The notes beneath the pieces were generated by a model that saw only the letters and a program-made list of their open reading frames with translations, was not told the DNA's origin and searched no databases. Positions 52,126-61,414 of a DNA stretch of 62,120 nt are shown here, piece after piece. The DNA is from Opitutaceae bacterium (GTDB lineage Bacteria > Verrucomicrobiota > Verrucomicrobiia > Opitutales > Opitutaceae): NCBI GenBank assembly GCA_023265535.1, contig JAHFTI010000005.1, positions 1 through 62,120 of the forward strand, given 5' to 3'. Within the stretch, counting starts at the first letter, position 1; the number at the start of each line of letters is the position of its first letter. A program made the translations under genes and the position numbers.

Positions 52126-54444
52126 TCAGAAGATGAGCGTGTAACCCAGGGAGGCCTCGCGTCCGGCCCCCACGCGGGCGATGCTCGTCAGCAGGTTGGT
52201 ACCGAGGACATTGCGCACGGAGAGGGATGCGGCGTGGGTGAGGGTGCCGCGTTTCCAGCGCCAGCCGACGCTGGCGTTGACCAGGGCGTAGCCGGGGTAG
52301 TCGAGGCGCTCACGCGTGTTGCTGGCGTACCAGGCGGTGTGCGGGCCGATGTAGACCAGGCCGAGGCCCAGCGAGCCGCCGCTGAGGGAGCCGGCGGTGG
52401 GGGCGTAGCGTGCACTCACGGAGCTGTTGGTGCGCGGAAGGCGGCTGAGCTGGCGTCCCACCTCCTCGGGCAGGTCGGGCGAGGCGGTGGTCCTGGCATT
52501 CGTGTATCCGGAACGGCAGGACAGGGTGAGGGAGGGCTCGGGGCGCCAGCGCAGCTCGGCGATGCCGCCGCTGAAGCTTTCCTCGCCGCTTGCCAGCAGC
52601 TGCGGCTGGGTGTTGTCCGCGTCGTAGATGGGGTTGTCGTAGAGCGGGTTCCTGCGGGCGATGTTGCGGTTGCGGAAGCTGAAGGACGTGAGCGTGTACG
52701 AGACGGTGCGCGTGAAGGCCATGCCCGTGGCGCCGGCCTCCCAGCCGATCGTGGTCTCGTTGCCCTGGATGCGGCCCGTGCGCGCGTCGACGCGCAGGGA
52801 GGGCTCGAAGGCGGTGCTGGCGTTGGCGAAGAGGAGGAGCTTGCCGGGCCTGACGACGAGGTTGGCCCCGGTGTGCCAGGAGAGGCGCCGGCTGCGGTCC
52901 TCGATGTGCGGGTGGGCGGTGCCGGGCTTGCGGTCCACGATGTCGAGGGAAACCCAGTCCTGGCGCAGGCCGGTGGTGGCGACGAGCCGCCCCTTGGCGA
53001 AGGCGGCGCGCTCGCTGATCACGAGGGCGGCGTGGTCCGTGGTCTCGTCGCGGTCGTTGAGCACGCGCGTGTAGTCCTCGGGTGAATACACGGGATGCCA
53101 GTAGTTGGGCGCGGCGGGGTTGAAGGTGCGCAGGTCGGCCGGCAGCAGGGCGCGCTGGGCCGTGGAGAGGGCGCGCTGGAAACGGGTCAGCATGGTGCGG
53201 CTGCCCTCGGCGGACACCAGCAGCTTGTGGTCGGCTCCCAGGGCGCGCAGGCGCAGGGTGGCCTCGAGCTCGCCGCTGAGGGTGTCGAGCGGCTGCTCGC
53301 TGTGCTGCGGTTCGCGCGTGCCGCTGAAGACCTTCTCGTCCAGGAGGTACTCGCCCCTGGTGAAGCGGTCCTCGGTGAACTGGCGGGAGAACCACTGGGC
53401 GGTCGCGCGCAGGGCGAGGTTCTTGCGGACCTGGCTCTCGAGCTGGAGCGCCACGCTGGCGAGGCGCTTGCGCTGGCCGGTGTCGGGGCCGTTGGTGTGG
53501 AACTCGGCGAGGGGCAGCCAGGGGCCCTGGATCTTTCCGGTGCGGGTGAGGCGGTACTCCGGCATGCCGCCCGAGGGGCGCGCCACAAAATCGGTCCAGT
53601 CGACCTGCAGCATGAGGGAGCTGGCGCGGCTGAGCTTGCGGGTGAGGGACTGGCCGAAGCTGCGCTGGCGCAGGGTCGTGAAGGGCTCGGGCCCGCCCTT
53701 GTGCGAGAGGGAGAGGCTGGTGCGGCTCCAGGCGCGCTTGGGGATGATGACGAGGTTGTTGTCGAGGAAGGCGCGCTGGTTGTCGAGGGTGCCCACGCTG
53801 AAGCCGAGGTTGCCGCCGGGCTTGATGCGGGGGCGGGCGGTGACGAGGTTGGTGATGCCTCCGGGGGCGGCGCGGCCCATGACGGAAACCAGCGGCCCCG
53901 TGATCTGCTCGTTGCGCTCGGGGTTCAGCACGTCGGGCACCCCGAGCTGCGTGAAGCCGTTGCGCAGGCGGGGTGTGGGGAAGCCGCGGATGTCGAGGCG
54001 GGACTGGCCGGCGGAGAGGTCGGCCGGGGGCGGGGCCCCGAGCTGGCCGAGCTCGGTCTCGATGAGGGAGGCGGTGTCGTCGGGCGCCGAGGCGCTCGCC
54101 AGGAGGTCGTTGGAGAAGGGGGCCTCCTCGCGTTCCATCTCCATGGCGCCCATGCCTGTGGCGTCGAAGCCGTCGTCCTCGGCCTCGGTGGCCACGCGGA
54201 CGGGGGGCAGCGCGATCGGACTGTCCACGGGGCGGAGTTCGCCGGCGGGCGGGGGGATCGCGAGCGGGCCGGGCGCGGCGGGGGCGGCCGCCTTTGTATC
54301 CGGTGCCTGGATACCCTTTTCGGGTGCCCCCGAAAGCGGGGTCGCGGCCAGCAGCAGGGCAAGGAGCCCGAGGGCGGGCAGGCGGGCGCGCGCGGCGCCC
54401 CTGGGGCCTGGTCTGCGTGCGGAGTTGGGCTTGGGCTTGGGCAT
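52126..54444 (-). CDS. TonB-dependent outer-membrane receptor
   Basis: ATG at 54444 (MPKPKPNSARR..., signal peptide LLALLLAATPLSGA). Beta-barrel body ending ...LGYTLIF. Confidence 0.8.
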   Translation of the reverse strand: MPKPKPNSARRPGPRGAARARLPALGLLALLLAATPLSGAPEKGIQAPDTKAAAPAAPGPLAIPPPAGELRPVDSPIALPPVRVATEAEDDGFDATGMGAMEMEREEAPFSNDLLASASAPDDTASLIETELGQLGAPPPADLSAGQSRLDIRGFPTPRLRNGFTQLGVPDVLNPERNEQITGPLVSVMGRAAPGGITNLVTARPRIKPGGNLGFSVGTLDNQRAFLDNNLVIIPKRAWSRTSLSLSHKGGPEPFTTLRQRSFGQSLTRKLSRASSLMLQVDWTDFVARPSGGMPEYRLTRTGKIQGPWLPLAEFHTNGPDTGQRKRLASVALQLESQVRKNLALRATAQWFSRQFTEDRFTRGEYLLDEKVFSGTREPQHSEQPLDTLSGELEATLRLRALGADHKLLVSAEGSRTMLTRFQRALSTAQRALLPADLRTFNPAAPNYWHPVYSPEDYTRVLNDRDETTDHAALVISERAAFAKGRLVATTGLRQDWVSLDIVDRKPGTAHPHIEDRSRRLSWHTGANLVVRPGKLLLFANASTAFEPSLRVDARTGRIQGNETTIGWEAGATGMAFTRTVSYTLTSFSFRNRNIARRNPLYDNPIYDADNTQPQLLASGEESFSGGIAELRWRPEPSLTLSCRSGYTNARTTASPDLPEEVGRQLSRLPRTNSSVSARYAPTAGSLSGGSLGLGLVYIGPHTAWYASNTRERLDYPGYALVNASVGWRWKRGTLTHAASLSVRNVLGTNLLTSIARVGAGREASLGYTLIF

Positions 54445-54497
54445 TCCTTGCGCGGCTAGACGCTCGGGGAGGCCATTGGATGCCCCAAAGCTGGGGT

Positions 54498-55367
54498 TCA
54501 GGCCTTGCCCTCGGGTTTTTTCGGCTCGGGCTGGGGCTGGAGCAGGTCGTCGAAGCTGAGGCCTGAGAGGGTCTGCACGCCCTTGAGCAGGCGCCACAGC
54601 GCGTACACCGTGATGAGCATCGTGGGCAGCACGATGACCGGCCAGGAGAGGGCGTTCATGCGGCCGAGCTCGGTGTTGAACTCGGGCGTGCCGGCGGGGC
54701 TGGTCAGGATGTAGCGGGCCAGGCCGAAGTTCAGGCAGGCGCTGATGAGGAAGCCCAGGGCGAGCAGGTAGCTGGAGCTGGCGAGCAGCCGTTCAAAGTC
54801 CGCCTTGGTTCCCTTCTCGGCCAGTGCGGCCTCGATGCGGGCGGTGTCGATCACCTGGTCGTTGTAGAGGAATTCGCGCACGAGCGGCCGCTTGGTTCGC
54901 TGGGTGATGAGGACCATGGCGCCGATGAGCAGGGGGATGGAGGCCTCCTTCACGGCGAACCACATGCCGTCGGCCTTGAGCAGGCCCATTCCGCCGGTGA
55001 GCAGCACGCTGAAGAAGCCGAGGATCGAGATGAAGTTGGTCTTCCTTCGGGTGACCAGATCGTAGAGGCCGTAGATGACCGGGAAGAGCAGTGCGAGGAT
55101 CAGGCCGCAGGCGGCGGCGAAGGTCTTGGCGGAGGCCTCGTCGGGGCCGTTGTAGGCGCCCGAGCCCAGCAGGCCCGCCAGCCATTTCCATTGGCGCGGC
55201 TCGCTCAGCCAGGAGAGGATCAGGCTGGGGGCGGCGATGTTGAAGAGGATGTTCAGCAGGAGGTTCTCGCGTTGCGGCGCGGGGCCTGCCGGTGCGGTCT
55301 TGCCTGCGGTAGTCCCGGTCTCGGGGGCCGGGGAGGGAGTTGCGGAAGAGTCGGACATTTGTTGCAA
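54498..55367 (-). CDS. polytopic inner-membrane protein (possibly YciB/septation-protein-A-like)
   Basis: About six hydrophobic segments after a Pro/Ala/Thr-rich N-terminus. Family assignment is tentative. Confidence 0.5.
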   Translation of the reverse strand: MQQMSDSSATPSPAPETGTTAGKTAPAGPAPQRENLLLNILFNIAAPSLILSWLSEPRQWKWLAGLLGSGAYNGPDEASAKTFAAACGLILALLFPVIYGLYDLVTRRKTNFISILGFFSVLLTGGMGLLKADGMWFAVKEASIPLLIGAMVLITQRTKRPLVREFLYNDQVIDTARIEAALAEKGTKADFERLLASSSYLLALGFLISACLNFGLARYILTSPAGTPEFNTELGRMNALSWPVIVLPTMLITVYALWRLLKGVQTLSGLSFDDLLQPQPEPKKPEGKA

Positions 55368-55410
55368 GAGACAGTTGCCAGCACCTTAATCGCGTCAAAC
55401 CCTCCCGCAT

Positions 55411-56193
55411 ATGATTCTGCTCGGACTCAACATCGACCATTGCGCGACCGTTCGCCAAGCCCGTTATCGCGAAGCGGGTTCCACCTGTGGTGGCCCCATT
55501 GAGCCGGATCCCGTGACCCTGGCGTTGCTCGCCGAGCAGGCGGGTGCGGACGGCATCACGGTGCACCTGCGCGAGGACCGACGCCACATCCAGGAGCGCG
55601 ACGTGTGGCGCCTGCGCGAGAGCATTTCGACCCGCCTCAACCTCGAGATGGCCTGCACCCCGGCGATGATCGAGTTCGCCCTCAAGCTGAAGCCCGAGTC
55701 GGTCTGCGTCGTGCCCGAGAACCGTGCCGAGGTGAGCACCGAGGGCGGCCTGGACGTCGTGGGCAACAGCGACCGCGTGCGCGAGTGCGTGGAGGCCATG
55801 AAGGCCGCGGGCATCATCACCAGCCTTTTCATCGATCCGGATCCCATGCAGATCGAGACCAGTTCCGAGCTGGGTGCGCCCTGGATCGAGCTGCACACCG
55901 GCTCCTACGCCAATGCCTTCCACGGCGCCGGCCGCAAGGCGGAGTACAAGCGTCTCTGCCTCGGCGCCTCCCTCGGCCACCAATGCGGCCTCACGGTCAA
56001 CGCGGGCCATGGCATCAACTACGTGAACATTTCCGAGGTGCGCACCATCCCGCACCTGCACGAGCTCAACATCGGGCACAGCATCATCAGTCGCGCGCTC
56101 TTCACGGGCATCGGCGAGGCGGTGCGCGAGATGCACCAGCGCATGAACCCGGCCGGCCCCCGCGCCGCCTCCTCAGGCTCCGGCTCCGCATGA
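55411..56193 (+). CDS. pdxJ: pyridoxine 5'-phosphate synthase
   Basis: LGLNIDHCATVRQAR, GITVHLREDRRHI, and ELHTG...NAGHG motifs. Confidence 0.9.
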   Translation: MILLGLNIDHCATVRQARYREAGSTCGGPIEPDPVTLALLAEQAGADGITVHLREDRRHIQERDVWRLRESISTRLNLEMACTPAMIEFALKLKPESVCVVPENRAEVSTEGGLDVVGNSDRVRECVEAMKAAGIITSLFIDPDPMQIETSSELGAPWIELHTGSYANAFHGAGRKAEYKRLCLGASLGHQCGLTVNAGHGINYVNISEVRTIPHLHELNIGHSIISRALFTGIGEAVREMHQRMNPAGPRAASSGSGSA

Positions 56194-56621
56194 GTCTCGT
56201 CGTTCCCCCAGGCGCCACCGTCCTCGGCATCGGCTGCGACCTCGTGGAGGTGGCGCGCGTGCAGGGCGTCATCGAGCGGCAGGGAGAACGGTTCCTCGAG
56301 CGGGTGTTCACGGACGGCGAGCGCGCCTATTGCGCCGACAAGGCCCGTCCGGAACCCTTTTATGCGGCGCGTTTTGCCGCAAAGGAGGCGATTGCAAAGT
56401 GTTTCGGCACGGGTATCGGCGAGGAGCTGGGCTGGAAGTCCATCTCGGTGGCACACGGGCCGCGCGGCGAGCCCCTGGTGGTGCTGGACAGCCAGGGGGA
56501 GGCCTTCCTGAAACAGGTGGGCGGCGATCGTATCCTGTTGAGCCTCAGCCATACAGATAGCATGGCCATGGCCATGGCGGCCATCGTTCGGGAGGGCGGT
56601 GCGGGCGAAATTAAAAGGTAA
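56190..56621 (+). CDS. acpS: holo-[acyl-carrier-protein] synthase
   Basis: ATGA overlap with pdxJ. GIGCDLVEV, FAAKEAIAKC, and SLSHTD motifs. Confidence 0.85.
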   Translation: MSLVVPPGATVLGIGCDLVEVARVQGVIERQGERFLERVFTDGERAYCADKARPEPFYAARFAAKEAIAKCFGTGIGEELGWKSISVAHGPRGEPLVVLDSQGEAFLKQVGGDRILLSLSHTDSMAMAMAAIVREGGAGEIKR

Positions 56622-56711
56622 AATAAATTTAATGCTGACAGGCGGCTCCCGGCCTGCCTAGGATTGCCCCATTCCCCTCTGAAACGTCCTTTTTGGAAAG
56701 CGTTTACCCCC

Positions 56712-57296
56712 ATGGATGAGATTCCCTCCGCACCCCAGAGGCCGCCATCAGCGGCGAAACTCTCGCGCACGCCCTCGTGGGTGATGCTCGGGTTCCTGCT
56801 GGGGGCAGGGTTTGTGTGGCTCCTGCTGCGGCCCAGTCCGGACCTGAGCCCGACCGCTCCGGCGCCGGCGAAGGCGTCCGCGGGGCAGGGTGTGGCCCAG
56901 AAGGTGGTGCAGCAGGCCGCGCCGGTGGCTCCGGCGGCTCCCGCCAAACCGAAGCCCCGCCAGTTGAGCACGGTCGAGGCCGTGTTCGAGGCCTATGGCA
57001 AGAATGCGATCTGGGAGCGCGACCGCACGGAGGTGGCGCTGTGGAATTCCGACAAGGGCGCCTATTCCGATTTCTACGAGGTGTACCGCGAGGAGGGGAC
57101 CTATTTTTTCCGCAGCATCCCCGTGTTGACCCGTCCTCTCATGGCGGTGTCCGACCAGGTGGATGTGCCCCTGGTCTTCACTGAGACCGCGGCCCTGAGG
57201 CGGGAGCGTATCGAGGCTCTCCGCCATCTGGTTCCGGCACATGCCGTTCCCAGCGAGACCCTTCCAAAACCCGACGTGGAGGCGCCCAAGCCATGA
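56712..57296 (+). CDS. membrane-anchored protein, unknown function
   Basis: ATG at 56712. One TM (WVMLGFLLGAGFVWLLL), a Pro/Ala-rich linker and a ~100-aa C-terminal domain. Confidence 0.45.
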   Translation: MDEIPSAPQRPPSAAKLSRTPSWVMLGFLLGAGFVWLLLRPSPDLSPTAPAPAKASAGQGVAQKVVQQAAPVAPAAPAKPKPRQLSTVEAVFEAYGKNAIWERDRTEVALWNSDKGAYSDFYEVYREEGTYFFRSIPVLTRPLMAVSDQVDVPLVFTETAALRRERIEALRHLVPAHAVPSETLPKPDVEAPKP

Positions 57297-58798
57297 GGGG
57301 TGTCCATCCCATCCTGAGCGCAGCCCAGGCCCTGGCCCATGAGCAGCGGGTGCTGGGCGAGGATGAAGCCCGCGTGTGGTCGGCCATGTGCGAGGCCGGT
57401 CGGCGGGTGGGGCTGGCTGCGTTGGCCGACTTTTCCGAGCTGGGTGCCTTCCCGGCGCGAGGGCGCATCCTGGTGCTGGCGGGCAAGGGGCACAATGCCG
57501 GGGATGCGTTGCTGGCGGCGCGCGAGATCCTGCGCAGGCAGGTGGAGGCCCGCGTGGAGGTGGTTTTCGTGCACGGGACCTCTGAGTTGCGGCCGTTGAC
57601 CGACCGGGCCTGGCGCCTTTTGCAGGAGGAGGCCCCGGAGCGGGTGCAGCAGTATGTCTTTCGCGGAAGGGACAGCCTTCCCTCCTACGATCTCTGCCTG
57701 GATGGCATCTATGGGTCCCGTTTCCGGCCGCCCCTCGACCTGGAGGCGGGCACGGTGCTCGCCTGGTCGGCACAGCTGCCCATCCGCATGCGCGTGGCGG
57801 TCGACCTGCCCAGCGGCATGGGGGAGCCCGCGGTGTTCCGGGCAGATTTCACGTATGCGACGGGCATCATGAAGACGCCGCTCCTCAGCTGCCCTGCGGC
57901 GGGGCGGGTGCGTTACCTGGACCTGGGATTTTTTGATGGGTTTGAGGCGGACGCCTTCGAGGTGAAGGACTGGATCCTGCTGCCCGACCTGCTGGATTGC
58001 CTGCGCGGGTTCAGGCCGGCGGGGTCGGACAAGCGCAGCTTCGGCCATGTGTTTGTGCTTGGAGGCTCACGCTCGTATCCGGGCGCGGTGCTCATGGCCG
58101 TGCTGGGAGCCTTGCGCAGCGGTGCGGGCCTGGTCACCGCCTTTGTGCCCGAATCGCTGGTGTCGGCCTTTGCGGCGCGCGTGCCGGAGGCGATGTGGGT
58201 GGGCTGGCCCGAGACGCCCGACGGCGGCCTGGCCCTCGAGGGACTTTACCTGATCGAGCATCGCCTGGCGCGTGCCAATGCGCTGGTGATCGGCCCCGGC
58301 ATCGGCCGCGAGCCGGAGACCATGGCCATGGTGGAGGCGCTGGTGCGCCAGACGACGGTGCCACTGGTGCTGGATGCCGAGGCGCTGCAGCCCGCGATCG
58401 TGCGCGCGGGGCGTTCGCCGCGCATCCTCACGCCGCATGCGGGCGAGTTCCTGCGCGTGGCGGGGGGCAGGGATGCCGAGGGCCTTTCCGTGGAGAGCTC
58501 CTCCGTGGTCGTGCTCAAGGGGCAGATCACGCGCATCGCCTGGGGCGGGCACGCGCACCATTCCTTCTGTGGCGGTCCCGTGCTGGCGCGCGGAGGCAGT
58601 GGCGACCTGCTGGCCGGCCTCATGGGCGGTCTCCTGGCGCAGCGGCCGGGCGAGGTGTCCGCGACTGCTGCCCGCGCGGTGCTCTGGCAGGGCCTGGCGG
58701 CAGACCTGCTGGCGCGCAGGCAGGGCCAGGTCTCCGTGATGACCACCGATCTCCTGGATTTCCTGCCGGAGGCGCTCAGGGCGCGGGACGATGGCTGA
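57293..58798 (+). CDS. nnr: bifunctional NAD(P)H-hydrate repair enzyme (epimerase + ADP-dependent dehydratase)
   Basis: ATGA overlap with the upstream gene. N-terminal YjeF_N (LAGKGHNAGDAL), and a C-terminal carbohydrate-kinase-like part (GGSRSYPGA, GSGDLLAG). Confidence 0.85.
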   Translation: MRGVHPILSAAQALAHEQRVLGEDEARVWSAMCEAGRRVGLAALADFSELGAFPARGRILVLAGKGHNAGDALLAAREILRRQVEARVEVVFVHGTSELRPLTDRAWRLLQEEAPERVQQYVFRGRDSLPSYDLCLDGIYGSRFRPPLDLEAGTVLAWSAQLPIRMRVAVDLPSGMGEPAVFRADFTYATGIMKTPLLSCPAAGRVRYLDLGFFDGFEADAFEVKDWILLPDLLDCLRGFRPAGSDKRSFGHVFVLGGSRSYPGAVLMAVLGALRSGAGLVTAFVPESLVSAFAARVPEAMWVGWPETPDGGLALEGLYLIEHRLARANALVIGPGIGREPETMAMVEALVRQTTVPLVLDAEALQPAIVRAGRSPRILTPHAGEFLRVAGGRDAEGLSVESSSVVVLKGQITRIAWGGHAHHSFCGGPVLARGGSGDLLAGLMGGLLAQRPGEVSATAARAVLWQGLAADLLARRQGQVSVMTTDLLDFLPEALRARDDG

Positions 58799-59912
58799 GG
58801 TCCCGCTCGATGAACGCCAGGCCCTGCTTGTCCTGAACGGGCTGCCGGGCATGGGGCCGGTGATGATGAATCGCATGCTGGCCGAATTCGGGGGCGATCC
58901 GTGTGCGGTCCTGGGTGCATCCGCGGAGCAGCTGTTTGCCATCACGGGTGTGACCAGGAAGGCCGCCGACTCGGTGGCGCACTGGCCTGATTTTTTTGAC
59001 CTGGCGGGCGAGGAGCGGCGGATGGGCGGGGCGGACTGCGTGTTCGTGAGCTGCCGCCACCCGGAGTACCCGCCGCTGCTGCGCGAGCTCCAGGACTGCC
59101 CGATCGGCTTGTATCGGCAGGGGCACTACACGTGTCAGGACCCCTGCGTGGCGATCGTCGGCAGCCGGCGCACGACGCCCTATGGCCTTTCGGTGGCGCG
59201 CTCGATGGCGGCGGGACTGGCGCGGGAGGGTTTCTGCGTGGTGAGCGGGCTGGCACTGGGCATAGATGCGGCCGCGCACGAGGGTGCGCTCGCCGCGGGT
59301 GGGCGCACCGTGGCGGTGTTGGGCACCGGTATCGACACCGATTATCCGCCCGGGAATGCGGGGCTGCGGAGGCGCATCACCGGGACCGGGGCGGTGCTCA
59401 GCGAGTTTCCCTTTGGGCGGCCCGCCGACAGGCAGAGCTTCGCCATGCGCAACCGCATCGTGTCGGGCATGAGCCGCGCCGTGGTGGTGGTGGAGAGCGA
59501 CGTCGATGGCGGCTCGATGATCACCGCAGGCTTCGCAGGGGACCAGGGGCGCATCCTGTGTGCCGTGCCCGGGCGCATCGACCAGCCCGGCAGCCGCGGC
59601 TGTCATCAGCTGATCCGTGAGGGGGCCACGCTCGTGACCAGCGTGGACGAGGTGCTTGAGGCACTGCAGTACCTGAAGGGATTGGACAAGGTCTCGCTGG
59701 CGCGCGCGCCCTCGGTGCGTTGCGTGGAATTGTCCGACGAGGAGCAGCGTGTGCTGCGGTGTTTTGCGGGCGGGGAGGTGCTGGCTGTCGACCACCTGGT
59801 GGCGTGCCTGGGTGAGGCTGCGGCGGGCGTGGGCGCCACCCTGATGATGCTCGAGGTGAAGGGCTGCGTCACCCGGAGGCGGGACGGCAGCTATGAGGCG
59901 GCCGTGACCTGA
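58791..59912 (+). CDS. dprA: DNA-processing protein DprA
   Basis: 8-nt overlap with nnr. VAIVGSRRTTPYG and SGLALGIDAAAHEGAL Rossmann-like DprA core, plus a C-terminal winged-helix-like tail. Confidence 0.85.
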   Translation: MAEVPLDERQALLVLNGLPGMGPVMMNRMLAEFGGDPCAVLGASAEQLFAITGVTRKAADSVAHWPDFFDLAGEERRMGGADCVFVSCRHPEYPPLLRELQDCPIGLYRQGHYTCQDPCVAIVGSRRTTPYGLSVARSMAAGLAREGFCVVSGLALGIDAAAHEGALAAGGRTVAVLGTGIDTDYPPGNAGLRRRITGTGAVLSEFPFGRPADRQSFAMRNRIVSGMSRAVVVVESDVDGGSMITAGFAGDQGRILCAVPGRIDQPGSRGCHQLIREGATLVTSVDEVLEALQYLKGLDKVSLARAPSVRCVELSDEEQRVLRCFAGGEVLAVDHLVACLGEAAAGVGATLMMLEVKGCVTRRRDGSYEAAVT

Positions 59913-60023
59913 GTTTGCCTTGGGAGGGCGGAGGCGAGCCGGGGAGCGGGTTTGCCGGCGCCTTCGGGCTCCAGCAAGTCCCTGGCCGGGGAGCATGCCG
60001 GGTGAGGCTGTCCTGCGACTGGC

Positions 60024-61277
60024 TCAGGGCGCAGTCAGGTCGAGCATACACTCGAAGGGCTTGCCGGCGCGTTCCACGGTGAGCCGGTGCTTGTAGCCGG
60101 CCCTGAAGGGGCTTGAGTGGGGCAGGTTGCCGGAATTCAGGCCTCGCACGGCGGTGATGCGGTCTCCCGTCCTGAGGCCGGCGCGTTCGGCGCGGCCGCC
60201 CGCATCGATTTCGCCAATCCTCCAGCCGTTGCGTGCGGGGAGCAGGAGGGCGCCGACACTGACGGCGCGGCCGTCCCTTTCGAGCGGTGTGTCGGTGTCC
60301 CAGCGCATGGGTGCGTCATTCTCGATCCAGAGGCGTTGCGCGGCGCAGTCGATGGTGAGGCGGCTGCGGGCGAGGGCGGGTGCACCGAGTCTGTTGTCCG
60401 CGCTTTGCTGGAGGGGCGGGAATTGCCACTGGGCGGAGCCGAGGCTGATGGAGCCGGCGAGCTGGGAGCGGTAGTTGCGCGTGGCGCCGCCCGCCTGGAC
60501 GGAGGGGAATTCGCCCTTGTCCTTCGGATAGACCAAGGGCACGGAGTCCAGGTCGGAGAGGGAGAAGAAGTATTCGGCGCCGGTGTCGATCGCGAAGGTG
60601 CGTGCCTGGCCGTGGATGTTGAGCAGTAGGCGGGGCACGGTGCCTGCGTAGGCCTGAGCGGTGGACAGGGGCAGCCTGGCGAGGGAGGGCTCGCAGACGC
60701 GCACGGTCTGGGCGGGATAGTCGAGTTCGAGCACCAGGCCTGCGAAGGCGTTGATGCCAAGGATGCCGTCGAACTGGGTGCCGCTCAGCGCCTCGATGCG
60801 GAGGAGCTCATCCTGGGGAAGCAGCACGAAGGCGGGGTTTTCGATGCGGAAGGCCCCGGCCTGCAGCTGCGTGGCGCTGGCGAGACGGTGGTGGCTTTGG
60901 CGGCCAGCGGCATCGAGAACGAGGGCTTCGCGGGTTTGGAGCAGCTGGAGGCCCGCCTTCTCGGCGGCTCCCGAGCCGAGCACCAGGCCGCTGGCGCCGG
61001 TGTCGAGGATGAGGCGGAAGGGACCACGGTCATTGATCAGCACCTCGACGATGAAGAGGTTTTCCTCGAGGCTGGCGGGGAGGAGGGCGTGGCTTCCCGT
61101 GAGACGGTTGGCGCTGGGCGCGAGGCTGCCCGTGGAGCCGCTGTGGGAGCAGCCAAGGAACAATGACAGCAAAAGGGCTAGCCAGAGTGAGGCCGGGTTC
61201 AGGAACCGGGCCGCAGGCTTGTGGCAAGCGCCTTGCAAAATAGTCACTCGCCTCAATCGGCCCGCTCGACACCCCAC
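60024..61277 (-). CDS. lipoprotein with two retropepsin-like aspartyl-protease lobes and a C-terminal PDZ domain
   Basis: Lipobox LFLGCS. First lobe FRLILDTGASGLVLG, second lobe TFAIDTGAEYFF. PDZ-like GRAERAGLRTGDRITAV. The start is a GTG at 61277 and is uncertain. Confidence 0.65.
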   Translation of the reverse strand: MGCRAGRLRRVTILQGACHKPAARFLNPASLWLALLLSLFLGCSHSGSTGSLAPSANRLTGSHALLPASLEENLFIVEVLINDRGPFRLILDTGASGLVLGSGAAEKAGLQLLQTREALVLDAAGRQSHHRLASATQLQAGAFRIENPAFVLLPQDELLRIEALSGTQFDGILGINAFAGLVLELDYPAQTVRVCEPSLARLPLSTAQAYAGTVPRLLLNIHGQARTFAIDTGAEYFFSLSDLDSVPLVYPKDKGEFPSVQAGGATRNYRSQLAGSISLGSAQWQFPPLQQSADNRLGAPALARSRLTIDCAAQRLWIENDAPMRWDTDTPLERDGRAVSVGALLLPARNGWRIGEIDAGGRAERAGLRTGDRITAVRGLNSGNLPHSSPFRAGYKHRLTVERAGKPFECMLDLTAP

Positions 61278-61414
61278 CTAAGTACGAGGGTGGGACTACC
61301 AGTCGGGCTGGGTGGAATTTACACTGGGGTGGGATTGGAGGGGGCGGCGTGGAGGGCTTGGCGCTTGCGGTTGAAAGTGAATGCCATAAGGTGCTGTCCC
61401 AGCCACCCCCAAGC

